NCBI GenBank assembly: GCA_963699755.1
Contig: CAVOVB010000011.1
Location: forward strand, 1 to 64,000
Length of the DNA stretch: 64,000 nucleotides
Direction: 5' to 3'
Source: an uncultured delta proteobacterium
Lineage (GTDB): Bacteria > Myxococcota_A > Polyangia > Polyangiales > Houyiibacteriaceae
The notes under the pieces were generated by a model, which worked only from the letters and a program-made list of their open reading frames with translations, was not told the DNA's origin and searched no databases. This document shows, one piece after another, positions 41,198-50,152 of the stretch. A program made the position numbers and the translations under genes. The stretch's first letter is position 1; each line of letters begins with the position of its first letter.

Positions 41198-41980
41198 GTG
41201 ATCGACGATCTTCGACCGGAACGACTTGGCGAGTTGATCGAGGGTGACTGGGGTCGGTCCTTGACCGTGCAGGAGTGCACCGACTCGACGATGGACGACG
41301 CCTCCAGGGCAGCGGCCCAGGGTGCGCCGGATGGGCATGTCATCCTTGCCGACCAGCAGCGTCGCGGAAGGGGAGCGCACGGACGAGAGTGGGTTTCGCC
41401 GCCGGGCACCGACCTCTACTTCTCAGTGGTCGCGCGCCCACTGGTCGAGCCCTCTGCAACTGCCCTCGTCACACTTGCCACGGGGCTCGGGGTGCGCGAC
41501 GCAGTTGCGAGCTGCCTGCCCGGCCGCGCGGTCCACGTGAAGTGGCCCAACGACATCTGGGTCGATCGTCGCAAGTGCGCTGGCATTTTGGTGGAAAGCC
41601 GCACCCTTGGAACGCGCATTGATTCGGTCATCATCGGTGTAGGCTTGAACGTGAACCGCATGCAATGGCCGACCGAGCTGGATGGCGCGGCAACTTCGCT
41701 ACGGAGCGAAACTGTGGGCGCAGAACCGCTCGACCGTGCCGAAGTCTTGGCCGCCCTGCTCTTTCGCATGGAGCGCTGGGTGAAGCGCCTCGTCATCGAT
41801 GGCGCATCGGTCGTCGTCGACGCCCTCCGGCCGAGCCTTGCATTGGTTGGCGAACGAATTCGCTGGGAGGATGGGGAGGGCGTGTTCGATGGCATCGATC
41901 GGGATGGCGCCGCGCGTGTGCGGACGCATGCTGGCCTCCGATCTCTTCATGCGGCACATATCGAGCCCCTCGAAGGCTGA
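41198..41980 (+). CDS. birA: biotin-protein ligase without N-terminal HTH
   Basis: DSTM, QRRGRGAHGREWVS, KWPND, KCAGILVE, GVGLNV. Confidence 0.92.
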   Translation: MIDDLRPERLGELIEGDWGRSLTVQECTDSTMDDASRAAAQGAPDGHVILADQQRRGRGAHGREWVSPPGTDLYFSVVARPLVEPSATALVTLATGLGVRDAVASCLPGRAVHVKWPNDIWVDRRKCAGILVESRTLGTRIDSVIIGVGLNVNRMQWPTELDGAATSLRSETVGAEPLDRAEVLAALLFRMERWVKRLVIDGASVVVDALRPSLALVGERIRWEDGEGVFDGIDRDGAARVRTHAGLRSLHAAHIEPLEG

Positions 41981-42024
41981 GCCCTGCGCTTGCCTATGCC
42001 CGGCTCGCGCACCAAAACTCGCCG

Positions 42025-42951
42025 ATGACCCATGCAAACGAGCTCGACTGGTTGCAACGCTCCGTCGGGGCTCTCGCTCTAGAGGAGCGGGCGATCCTGT
42101 CAGTCGCAGGGGACGACGCACGCGGCTGGTTGCAAGGGCAGGTCAGCAACCAACTCGAAGGGGTCGAGCCCGGGGGCTCGGTCTATGCCTTCGTACTCAC
42201 CTTGAAGGGCCGAATCTTGGCCGATGTGTACGTGCTCGTTCGCGAGGACGAGCTCTGGGTAGATGTCCCAGCCGCGCAGGTCGACGCGCTGCTCGAGCGC
42301 TTCGACCGATACATCATCATGGAAGACGTCGATATCGAACACCGCAAGGACCTGCACCTCCTCACGGCGCAAGGTCCGCGCGCGGCCGAGCTCGGCAACG
42401 GCGGATGGCCGGCGGATCGACTTGGCGTCGGAGGTCGGCAATGGGTCGTCAGTGATCAAGATTTCGAGTCGGAGCTTGGGAACCTAGTCGCGCGCAGTCA
42501 CGAGTTGGACGGCGGCGCCGTGAGCAGAGCGACCTGGGCGCAAGCGCATGTCATTCGCGGACGCCCCCGCTTTGGCGTCGATTTCGGCGAGTGGACCTAC
42601 CCCCAGGAAAGCGGCCTGAACCCGCTCGCCGTTTCGTTCCAGAAGGGTTGCTACATCGGGCAGGAGACGGTCGTGATGCTCGAGAACCGGGGAAAAGCCC
42701 CCAAGGTCCTCTGGCGCTGGGCTATCGAGGGCTCGGAGGCCCCCGCGGCCAAGTCGCCCATCACGATGGACGACACCATCGTGGGGGAAATCACCTCGGC
42801 CGCCTCCGCTGCTCAGGGTGTGCTGGCCCTTGGTTTTCTCAAGCGTGGGTACGAGTCGGCAGGTCCCGAAGGCTTTGCGATCGCGGGCTTCGCGGCGCGA
42901 GCGCTCGGGCCGGTCCAAACAGGCCCTGGCGTTTGCCCCGCGGCAGCATGA
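42025..42951 (+). CDS. ygfZ: folate-binding protein YgfZ (GcvT-like)
   Basis: Signature SFQKGCYIGQE; GDDARGWLQG; LTLKGRI. Confidence 0.9.
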   Translation: MTHANELDWLQRSVGALALEERAILSVAGDDARGWLQGQVSNQLEGVEPGGSVYAFVLTLKGRILADVYVLVREDELWVDVPAAQVDALLERFDRYIIMEDVDIEHRKDLHLLTAQGPRAAELGNGGWPADRLGVGGRQWVVSDQDFESELGNLVARSHELDGGAVSRATWAQAHVIRGRPRFGVDFGEWTYPQESGLNPLAVSFQKGCYIGQETVVMLENRGKAPKVLWRWAIEGSEAPAAKSPITMDDTIVGEITSAASAAQGVLALGFLKRGYESAGPEGFAIAGFAARALGPVQTGPGVCPAAA

Positions 42952-43017
42952 CCTTACGGAAGCGCCGAGCTGGCGCGATTGCACCCCTGACCTTATAGTG
43001 CGGGGCAAAGGAGCACC

Positions 43018-43341
43018 ATGCTAACCCTCACCCCCCGCGCCGCAGACAAAGTCAAAGAAATCCGAGACGCCGAAGGGCTTGCCGAACAAGGGCTTCGCGT
43101 ACGGGTCATCGGTGGTGGTTGTGCTGGGTTTTCGTATGATTTGTTCTTTGAGGATGAAACCTCCGACCTGGATCAGACCTTCACCTCGCACGGGATTTCC
43201 ATTTACGTGGATATGATGAGCGCGCAGTACGTCGAAGGCACCGAGATCGACTACGTAGAGGGCCTGCAGGGCGCTGGATTCAAGTTCCAAAACCCGCAGG
43301 CTAGCCAGACCTGCGGCTGTGGTTCCAGTTTTTCCACCTGA
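43018..43341 (+). CDS. erpA: A-type Fe-S cluster carrier (ErpA/IscA family)
   Basis: GGGCAGFSY and C-terminal TCGCGSSF. Confidence 0.9.
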   Translation: MLTLTPRAADKVKEIRDAEGLAEQGLRVRVIGGGCAGFSYDLFFEDETSDLDQTFTSHGISIYVDMMSAQYVEGTEIDYVEGLQGAGFKFQNPQASQTCGCGSSFST

Positions 43342-43370
43342 TTCCTCTGCAATTTCAACATGCTGTGATG

Positions 43371-43391
43371 CTTGAGCGACTTTTGCTCAAA
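43371..43391. promoter_or_regulatory. HAIR-like inverted repeat (candidate operator)
   Basis: CTTGAGC-N7-GCTCAAA in the AT-rich region upstream of the RpoH-type sigma gene. Confidence 0.4.
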
Positions 43392-43518
43392 ATTGTTCTT
43401 GCGTCTGTCGCATTCTTGTCTAAGTATTGTCTTGTTTTCATGGACGCAATCTAGACAACGCTCTTCCTCCTAGACAGTGACGTAACGTAACGGTAGGGAG
43501 CGCATATAGGACATCATC

Positions 43519-44355
43519 ATGCAGTCATCCGCATCACTCGACCGATACATCCAGCAAGTTCGGGCCATCCCCAAGCTGACCCGCGAAGACGAGCACGAGT
43601 TGGCCGTGCAGTGCCGTCAAGGGAACCAGGAGGCCGCCGATGCCCTGGTCGAGGCCAACCTTCGTTATGTGGTTGCGATCGCCCTTCAGTATCGACGCTA
43701 CGGCGTGGCGCTCGGTGACTTGATCGCTGAAGGGAGCGTCGGCCTGGTGACGGCGGTTCGGAAGTTCGATCCGGATCGTGGCACACGGTTCGTGACGTAC
43801 GCCGGCTATTGGATTCGCGCGTTCGTGCTCGAAGCAGTCGTTCGCTCGAGCACGATGATCGGCGCCGGCTCGGGGCCTTTCCGTTCGAAGCTGTTTTTCC
43901 GGCTTCGACGTGAGCGTGCGCGGCTCTCGAACCTGATTGCCGATCCGCAGGAGCTGATCGAGACGCTCGCGGTCGATTTCGAAACTACCCCGGCCAAGAT
44001 GACGGAGTTGCTCCGCCGCCTCGACCAGCGCGAGGTTTCGCTCGACGCGCCTGCCTATCACGACTCGGATGCGACCCTCGTCGAGGTCCTGCCTGGCTCC
44101 ACGGAGCCGCAAGATGACGTCGTCGCACGACAACGACGACAGAGTGGCATCCAGATGCGCCTTGCAGGGGCGCTTTCGTTGCTCGATGACCGCGAGCGGC
44201 TCATCGTCGAAAAGCGAATCCTGAGCGACAATTCGGCGTCCCTCGCCTCCCTCGGCCGCGAGCTAGGTGTGAGTCGGGAACGCGCACGGCAACTGGAGGC
44301 ACGGGCGAAGAAAAAGCTTGCCGATGAGCTCAGGGACCTGGCCCCCGCTGCCTGA
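43519..44355 (+). CDS. RpoH/sigma32-family alternative sigma factor
   Basis: ANLRYVV, KFDPDRGTRFVTYA, RpoH-box-like RSKLFFRLR, GVSRERARQLE; no region 1.1. Confidence 0.9.
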   Translation: MQSSASLDRYIQQVRAIPKLTREDEHELAVQCRQGNQEAADALVEANLRYVVAIALQYRRYGVALGDLIAEGSVGLVTAVRKFDPDRGTRFVTYAGYWIRAFVLEAVVRSSTMIGAGSGPFRSKLFFRLRRERARLSNLIADPQELIETLAVDFETTPAKMTELLRRLDQREVSLDAPAYHDSDATLVEVLPGSTEPQDDVVARQRRQSGIQMRLAGALSLLDDRERLIVEKRILSDNSASLASLGRELGVSRERARQLEARAKKKLADELRDLAPAA

Positions 44356-44438
44356 CCTACCTGCTCAAATGTAGGGTGTTCGCTCACCCAATGAGGCCAA
44401 TGCGATTTTCGCAGAGCCAGAGTAGCATGTAGGTCACG

Positions 44439-47400
44439 ATGGTGTTCGAGGACGGGGACAGCACGGTATTGCGCCGCGAGGCGACGCAGGCGTTGGAACA
44501 AGACGATCTCGTCGACGAACCAGACGTTGCCCTGCCCCCTGCCATCCCAGTCCCCCGAGCGCCCCGCGCGCCAGAAAAGGCTGCGCTCTCCGAGGCGGAT
44601 CGCAGCCGGCGCGCGCGCGACTGGATCGGAGAATGCGAACGAGAGCTACGCGAGCAACCCGACGTGCGGCGCGCGGCCCGCCTCTACTTCGAAATGGGAC
44701 GCAGCTGCGAAGGTTCGCTCAAAGATGCGCGACGCGCACTCGAGTACTACCAGGCGGCACTGGAGCGCGCACCAGACTATGTGCCGGCGATTCGCGCCAC
44801 CCGCCGCCTCCTGCTCGGCGCACGTATGTTCAAGGAGGCACTACCGCTCTTCGACGCCGAGGCGCGAATCACCAGGCAGCCGAGCGACAAAGCGACCCTG
44901 TTCTTGCTGAAGGGGCGACTGCTGGAGGACGTGCTCGGCAATCGCGATGCCGCAGAGCAGGCGTACCATACGGCCCGCGCATTGGATCGTTCGCATGCAG
45001 CGATTCTGCGAGCCACCGAGCAGCGCGCATTCGCCAGGCAAGCCTGGCCGGATGTCGATCGTAATCTCGCCGAGCTGGCCAACGCTGCGGCATCGGACGA
45101 CAGGCATCGAGCCGCTTTGATCATCCGTCGGGCCCAGCTGCTCGAAAGCCGGCAGCAACGTCCGGAACAAGCGGCCGAGCTTTACGAGACGGCCTTGCAG
45201 CTGGACCCCAACGCCGTCATCGCGTTGCAAGCGCTAAAACGACTCTACTATGGGCAACGTCGCTGGCGCGACCTCATTCGGACGCTCGAAGCCGAGGCTC
45301 AGTGGGCGACCGAACCGTCCCTAAAGGCCTCTTCGCTATACCGCGCGGCACGCATTCACGCCGAGCTGCTTGGAAATCGCGACGGAGCAATCCAAGCCCT
45401 AGAGCAGGCCCGAAGTTTACAGCCGGACGATCCGTTGATCCTGGGCGAGCTCGCGAGGCACTACGAGTCCGGGCAGCACCTCGAGGCGCTGGTCGAAACC
45501 CTCGAAGCCCTGACCAAAGCAACCGATGATCAAACGGAGAAGCTCACCTTCACCCAACGCATTGCACGGCTGTACGAAGAGGAGCTCCGCGACGTCGATC
45601 AGGCCATCACCTGGCATGAACGCGCGGTGGAGCTCGACCCTACTTCACTTTCGAGCCTGCAGGCCTTGAGCTTGCTCTACCGGATTCGCGGCGCCTGGCC
45701 AAAGCTGATCGACATGTGTCTTCGCGAGGCGCGCTACACGACCGACGCCGAACGGCGAGCCGACTCCCATGCACGCGCCGCGGAGATCTACGAGACCCGG
45801 CTCAATGCGATCGACGATGCCATCGAGCACTATCAGCGCGCCCTCAACGCAACGCCTGACCACCCCACCGCGTTCAAGGCGCTGGCACGGTTGCTTTCCG
45901 ACGTGCACAAGCCCAAGGAGCTGATCCAGCTGTATGAGAACGCCTTGGATCGCGCCAGCGGGTCGCGAGCGGTCTCATACCTGCTCAAGATTGGGCAGAT
46001 CTACGAGGATTCGCTCGGAGAGCCCGCGCTGGCCGCTCAGACTTACAAGCGCGTCCTGCAGCAGGACCCGGCGCACCTCTTGGCGGTTCAGGCTTGGCAA
46101 CGTTCGGCCGCCCGTGCGCATCGGCCCCGGGAGCTCCTGGAGGCGCTCGACTACGAGATCGAGCTGACCGTCGAGCGCGATCGTTTGGTTGCGCTCTTGC
46201 ACCGAGCCGGAGAGCTGCTCAATGAGCACCTAGACGACCGGGACGAAGCCATCACCCGCTACCGCCGAGCGCTCGAGAAGGACCCGCGTCACGTTCCGAC
46301 GCTTTCGAGCCTCGGACGCCTCTACTACGCCGCCGGCCGCTGGAACGACCTGCTGGATGTCTATGGCCAAGAGCTCAGGCTGACGTCCAGCAAGCACCGA
46401 AGGGTGGCCCTTTTGCAGAAGATGGCCGAGATCTCCCGCGACCGGCTCGGAAGCGACGAGGACGCGCTCCGGTATCACCGCGAGGCGGTCAGGGTCGACC
46501 CGTCGCATGCTCCTTCACTTCAGGAGCTGGCGCGTCAGCTCCGCGAACGCGGCGATTGGTCCGACTTGGTCGACGTGCTGGAGCTCCAGCTTCACCACTC
46601 GAGTGCCGTTCGTATTCGAGCGCGTGCAGCGTTCTTGCTCGGTCAGGTCTACGAGGAGCACCTCGCGGATCGAACGAAGGCAATGACGGCCTACGAGGCC
46701 GCAATCGCGGCAGACGCGAACTATCGGCCCGCGGTCGATGCTCTGGCACGGGTGCGAGCCGAAGAGCACGACTGGACCCATCTGCTGTCTGATCTCGAAC
46801 GCGAGCTCAAGCTCACCGAGGAGTCACCACGACGCGTCGCCCTATTTGCGCGAAAGGCACAAGTCTTGGAGCGCCAAGACAAGCACCGCCAAGCGATTCA
46901 GGCTTGGGAACAGGTGCTTGCAATCGACCCGAAGCATCTCGGAGCCCTATTGGCACTCGAGCAACTGTATCGGCAAGTCGGCGCGTGGCAGTCTCTATGC
47001 GGCGTGTATTCGGCGCAAGCCGAGGTGCTCGAAGATCCAAGCGGCAGAGTTTCCGCCCTCTACGAGCTTGCCCGGCTCCTAGAGCACCAGGGACTCGGAG
47101 AGTACGATGATGTCATTGGAGCGTATCGACGGGTCCTCGAGGTCGCGCCTTCGGACTTGGGCGCCTTGCTCGAGCTAGAGCGCTTGGCCGCGGGTCGCTG
47201 GGATTCGGAGCTTCTCCGCGAAGTCGACTCCCTGGGCGCACGCTCTGCGCAGGATCCAGCCGTCGCGGCGGCCCATCGCACTCGCCTGGCTGAGCTGGTC
47301 GAGGGCGAAGAGGATACCCAAGCGATCGAGCAGTTCCGCGCAGCGTCCATGGCTGACCCATACCACATCGGCGCAGCCCGAGGGCTGACCCGCGTGGCGG

Positions 47401-49511
47401 AGGAAACCGACGACCCAACCGCGCTGGTCGACGCACTCCACCGGGAAGCCGAAGCCGAACGTGACCCAAAAGCCTCTTCGGACCTCTATGTGCAGAGCGC
47501 GTTGGTCCGCCTGGAACGCATTGGAGACCACGACGGCGCCAGACGCGACTTCGAGCGGGCGCTCGAGCTTTGGCCGGATTCCTCCAAGGCCGCAGAAGGG
47601 CTCGTCGACGTACTCACCATCGACGCCGCCTGGTCTTCGCTGGTGGACCGGCTTTCCCAAGCGGCTTCGGGCGCGCGATCCGTCGACCGAGCGAGTGCGC
47701 TCTGGCTGGTGGTGGCGCGTGTCCAGAGCGAGGAGCTAGGCGAGCTTCCGGCTGCCATCCGCACACTGCAACGCGTGCTGAAAGTGCAGCCCCGAAACCT
47801 CGACGCACTACATCGGCTCGCGGAGCATTTAGAGTCGAATCAGTCCTGGCACGAAGCGGCGGCAACAATGGAACAACTCCTCGCCGCTGCGCCTGGGAAT
47901 GGCCAATTACGAAGAGTGCTGCTCGATCTCGCGCGGCTCTATCGCGAGCGTTTGAACATGCCTGACAAGGCGCTGCGTCATGTCGAATTCGCCTTGGCGG
48001 CCGAGCCCGAAAACCCGGCAGCACTTCAAGAGCTTTCCCTGATTCACGAGGCGCTTGGGCATCTCCCGGAGGCATTGGCTGTGACCCGCCACCTGCTCGA
48101 CGTAAGCGAGGGACAGGTGCGAGGAGACGCGCTCGTTCGTCTAGGGCAGCTCGAGTACGCCACCGGAGACCCGGAAAATGCCAAGCTCGCTCTCCAGCGG
48201 GCGGTCGTCCTCGAAGGGCCCAGTAGTGATGCGGCTCGGACGCTCGAATCCTTGTGCGAAAGCCCGAACGACTGGCGGGCCTACGCGAACGCATTGCAGG
48301 AACATCAGGCCGAGGATGAGCGCGGCAGCGTGACCACCACTCTCGAGGTCGCCCGCGTGCTATCGGATTACTGCCGTGATGAGCTAGCGGCTATCGATGC
48401 GCTTCGAGGCGGGCTCGATGAAGGCGCCGCGAACGCGGACCTTCGGCGCGAGCTCGCGGTACGACTTCGCGCGCGAGGCGCCAACGCGGCAGCGGTCGAG
48501 CAACTCCAAGCGGTGCTCGCACAGGAGCCGATGCGCGAGGAAATCTGGCGCGAGCTTGCGCTGACCTATCAAACCGAAGGTCGCCCGAGGGAGGCGCGAA
48601 TCGCGAGCCTGCCACTCCTTCAAATGGGCGTGGCCGACGAACGTGACCTTGCACGGATCTCGGCTGTCGAGCCCTGGCCGGCTAAGGTTCGTCCTCTGTC
48701 GCTTCGCGGGCCTGTCTTGGATCAACTAGGCACGCCCCGCGCCGAGGATGCTGCAGCGGGCGCGCTCCTGGCCGCGCTTAGCCCGACGCTCGCTAAGCTA
48801 TACCCGCCTGACCTCCAAAGTTATGGCCTTGCGACACGCGACCGCCTCCCCACCGAAGCCAATCATCCGCTTCGAGATGTGGCGAACAGCCTCTCGTCGG
48901 CGCTCGACATCCGTAACTTCGATTTGTTCCTGCACCGAGTGCGAAACCGCGGCATCACCATCGAGTTCGGCGCCCACCCTGCGGTGCTCGTGCCAGCAAC
49001 CATCATGGAAAGGGATGCGCAGACGCAAACGTTCATGCTGGCGCAGCCGATGACGCAGATCGCTCGCGGCTATCATGCGATCGACAAGCTCACGCCCCGC
49101 GAGCTCGATGTTCTCTTGGCCTCGGCGGCCCGGATCGTGAAACCGGACTTCGGCATGGGCCTGACGAGCGAAGAGTTTCTGAACGAACAAACGCGACGTT
49201 TGCAAAGAGCGATTCCGCGACGAGACCGAAAGCTCGTGCGTGACGCCGCCCTGGCCTACTCGCAGGCCAAGCGCGTCAAGTTCGACCGCTGGGTTCATGC
49301 CGCCCAAAGGACCGCGATCCGCGCGGCCATGTTGCTCTGCGACGACCTTGACCCATTGGTTCAGGAAGTCCGGAGCCGCATCGCTCCGGAGCGAGAAGCC
49401 GAGGGCGAGACTTTCGACAAACATCCCACTTACATCTATGCGCTGAAGTTTTGGGCATCCCCAGCAGCGATGTTCTTGCGCGAGCACATGGGGATGATTC
49501 CTCCTCGCTGA
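44439..49511 (+). CDS. giant tetratricopeptide-repeat protein
   Basis: 1690 aa of tandem helical repeats (A..Y..AL..DP....A...L..LY) and a distinct C-terminal domain of about 290 aa; no signal peptide. Confidence 0.88.
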   Translation: MVFEDGDSTVLRREATQALEQDDLVDEPDVALPPAIPVPRAPRAPEKAALSEADRSRRARDWIGECERELREQPDVRRAARLYFEMGRSCEGSLKDARRALEYYQAALERAPDYVPAIRATRRLLLGARMFKEALPLFDAEARITRQPSDKATLFLLKGRLLEDVLGNRDAAEQAYHTARALDRSHAAILRATEQRAFARQAWPDVDRNLAELANAAASDDRHRAALIIRRAQLLESRQQRPEQAAELYETALQLDPNAVIALQALKRLYYGQRRWRDLIRTLEAEAQWATEPSLKASSLYRAARIHAELLGNRDGAIQALEQARSLQPDDPLILGELARHYESGQHLEALVETLEALTKATDDQTEKLTFTQRIARLYEEELRDVDQAITWHERAVELDPTSLSSLQALSLLYRIRGAWPKLIDMCLREARYTTDAERRADSHARAAEIYETRLNAIDDAIEHYQRALNATPDHPTAFKALARLLSDVHKPKELIQLYENALDRASGSRAVSYLLKIGQIYEDSLGEPALAAQTYKRVLQQDPAHLLAVQAWQRSAARAHRPRELLEALDYEIELTVERDRLVALLHRAGELLNEHLDDRDEAITRYRRALEKDPRHVPTLSSLGRLYYAAGRWNDLLDVYGQELRLTSSKHRRVALLQKMAEISRDRLGSDEDALRYHREAVRVDPSHAPSLQELARQLRERGDWSDLVDVLELQLHHSSAVRIRARAAFLLGQVYEEHLADRTKAMTAYEAAIAADANYRPAVDALARVRAEEHDWTHLLSDLERELKLTEESPRRVALFARKAQVLERQDKHRQAIQAWEQVLAIDPKHLGALLALEQLYRQVGAWQSLCGVYSAQAEVLEDPSGRVSALYELARLLEHQGLGEYDDVIGAYRRVLEVAPSDLGALLELERLAAGRWDSELLREVDSLGARSAQDPAVAAAHRTRLAELVEGEEDTQAIEQFRAASMADPYHIGAARGLTRVAEETDDPTALVDALHREAEAERDPKASSDLYVQSALVRLERIGDHDGARRDFERALELWPDSSKAAEGLVDVLTIDAAWSSLVDRLSQAASGARSVDRASALWLVVARVQSEELGELPAAIRTLQRVLKVQPRNLDALHRLAEHLESNQSWHEAAATMEQLLAAAPGNGQLRRVLLDLARLYRERLNMPDKALRHVEFALAAEPENPAALQELSLIHEALGHLPEALAVTRHLLDVSEGQVRGDALVRLGQLEYATGDPENAKLALQRAVVLEGPSSDAARTLESLCESPNDWRAYANALQEHQAEDERGSVTTTLEVARVLSDYCRDELAAIDALRGGLDEGAANADLRRELAVRLRARGANAAAVEQLQAVLAQEPMREEIWRELALTYQTEGRPREARIASLPLLQMGVADERDLARISAVEPWPAKVRPLSLRGPVLDQLGTPRAEDAAAGALLAALSPTLAKLYPPDLQSYGLATRDRLPTEANHPLRDVANSLSSALDIRNFDLFLHRVRNRGITIEFGAHPAVLVPATIMERDAQTQTFMLAQPMTQIARGYHAIDKLTPRELDVLLASAARIVKPDFGMGLTSEEFLNEQTRRLQRAIPRRDRKLVRDAALAYSQAKRVKFDRWVHAAQRTAIRAAMLLCDDLDPLVQEVRSRIAPEREAEGETFDKHPTYIYALKFWASPAAMFLREHMGMIPPR

Positions 49512-49527
49512 TTGTGCAGCGACTCGG

Positions 49528-50082
49528 TCAGATGCTGTCGTGGGTGTGCCGATCGATCCGATAGACGAGCCAGCCAAAGGCGAGCCCGATCGTCAAGAGC
49601 ATGACGAGCCCTGAGTAGAAGGCCGGGCTCGCGAAGAAGGGAGTGAGGCCATAAACACGATTGAATTGCCGGTAGGAACCGACTAGGGAGAGCCGGTTCC
49701 AGCCGAGCGGCCATACGGTCAACGCAACGAAGAGGACGCCGGCCGCGATCCGACGGGCGGCGGTGTCACGCGAAGCTCGACAGAGGGCCGCGCCGATTCG
49801 AAAGCCGAGGAAGGCCGCGCCGAGCAGGAGCACGGCGCCGAGCAAGCACCAGAACAACGGCGCTCCGGCTGTGTCGACCGAGTAGAAGAGAAACCAGTCC
49901 CCGTGAAATAGGTAGAAGTAAACGACGGTTGGCAAGAGGACCAGCGCGACGAAGAGCGCGTAGGCGAGGAAGGTCTCCATGCGCCAGACGGGGTCCGGGC
50001 TATCTCGAACCTCGTCGCGACCGGCATAGGCAGAAAACGCCCCGGTGGCGATAGCGATGAGCAGCAGGAAAAGTAGAGGCAA
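49528..50082 (-). CDS. hypothetical integral membrane protein
   Basis: 184 aa with about five hydrophobic segments. Confidence 0.7.
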   Translation of the reverse strand: MPLLFLLLIAIATGAFSAYAGRDEVRDSPDPVWRMETFLAYALFVALVLLPTVVYFYLFHGDWFLFYSVDTAGAPLFWCLLGAVLLLGAAFLGFRIGAALCRASRDTAARRIAAGVLFVALTVWPLGWNRLSLVGSYRQFNRVYGLTPFFASPAFYSGLVMLLTIGLAFGWLVYRIDRHTHDSI

Positions 50083-50152
50083 AGTGGTCCCCGCTGAAAG
50101 GCTACGTCCCCGGTTCGTGGACGGTCAACCAATCGAGCACCATAGTCAGGGG

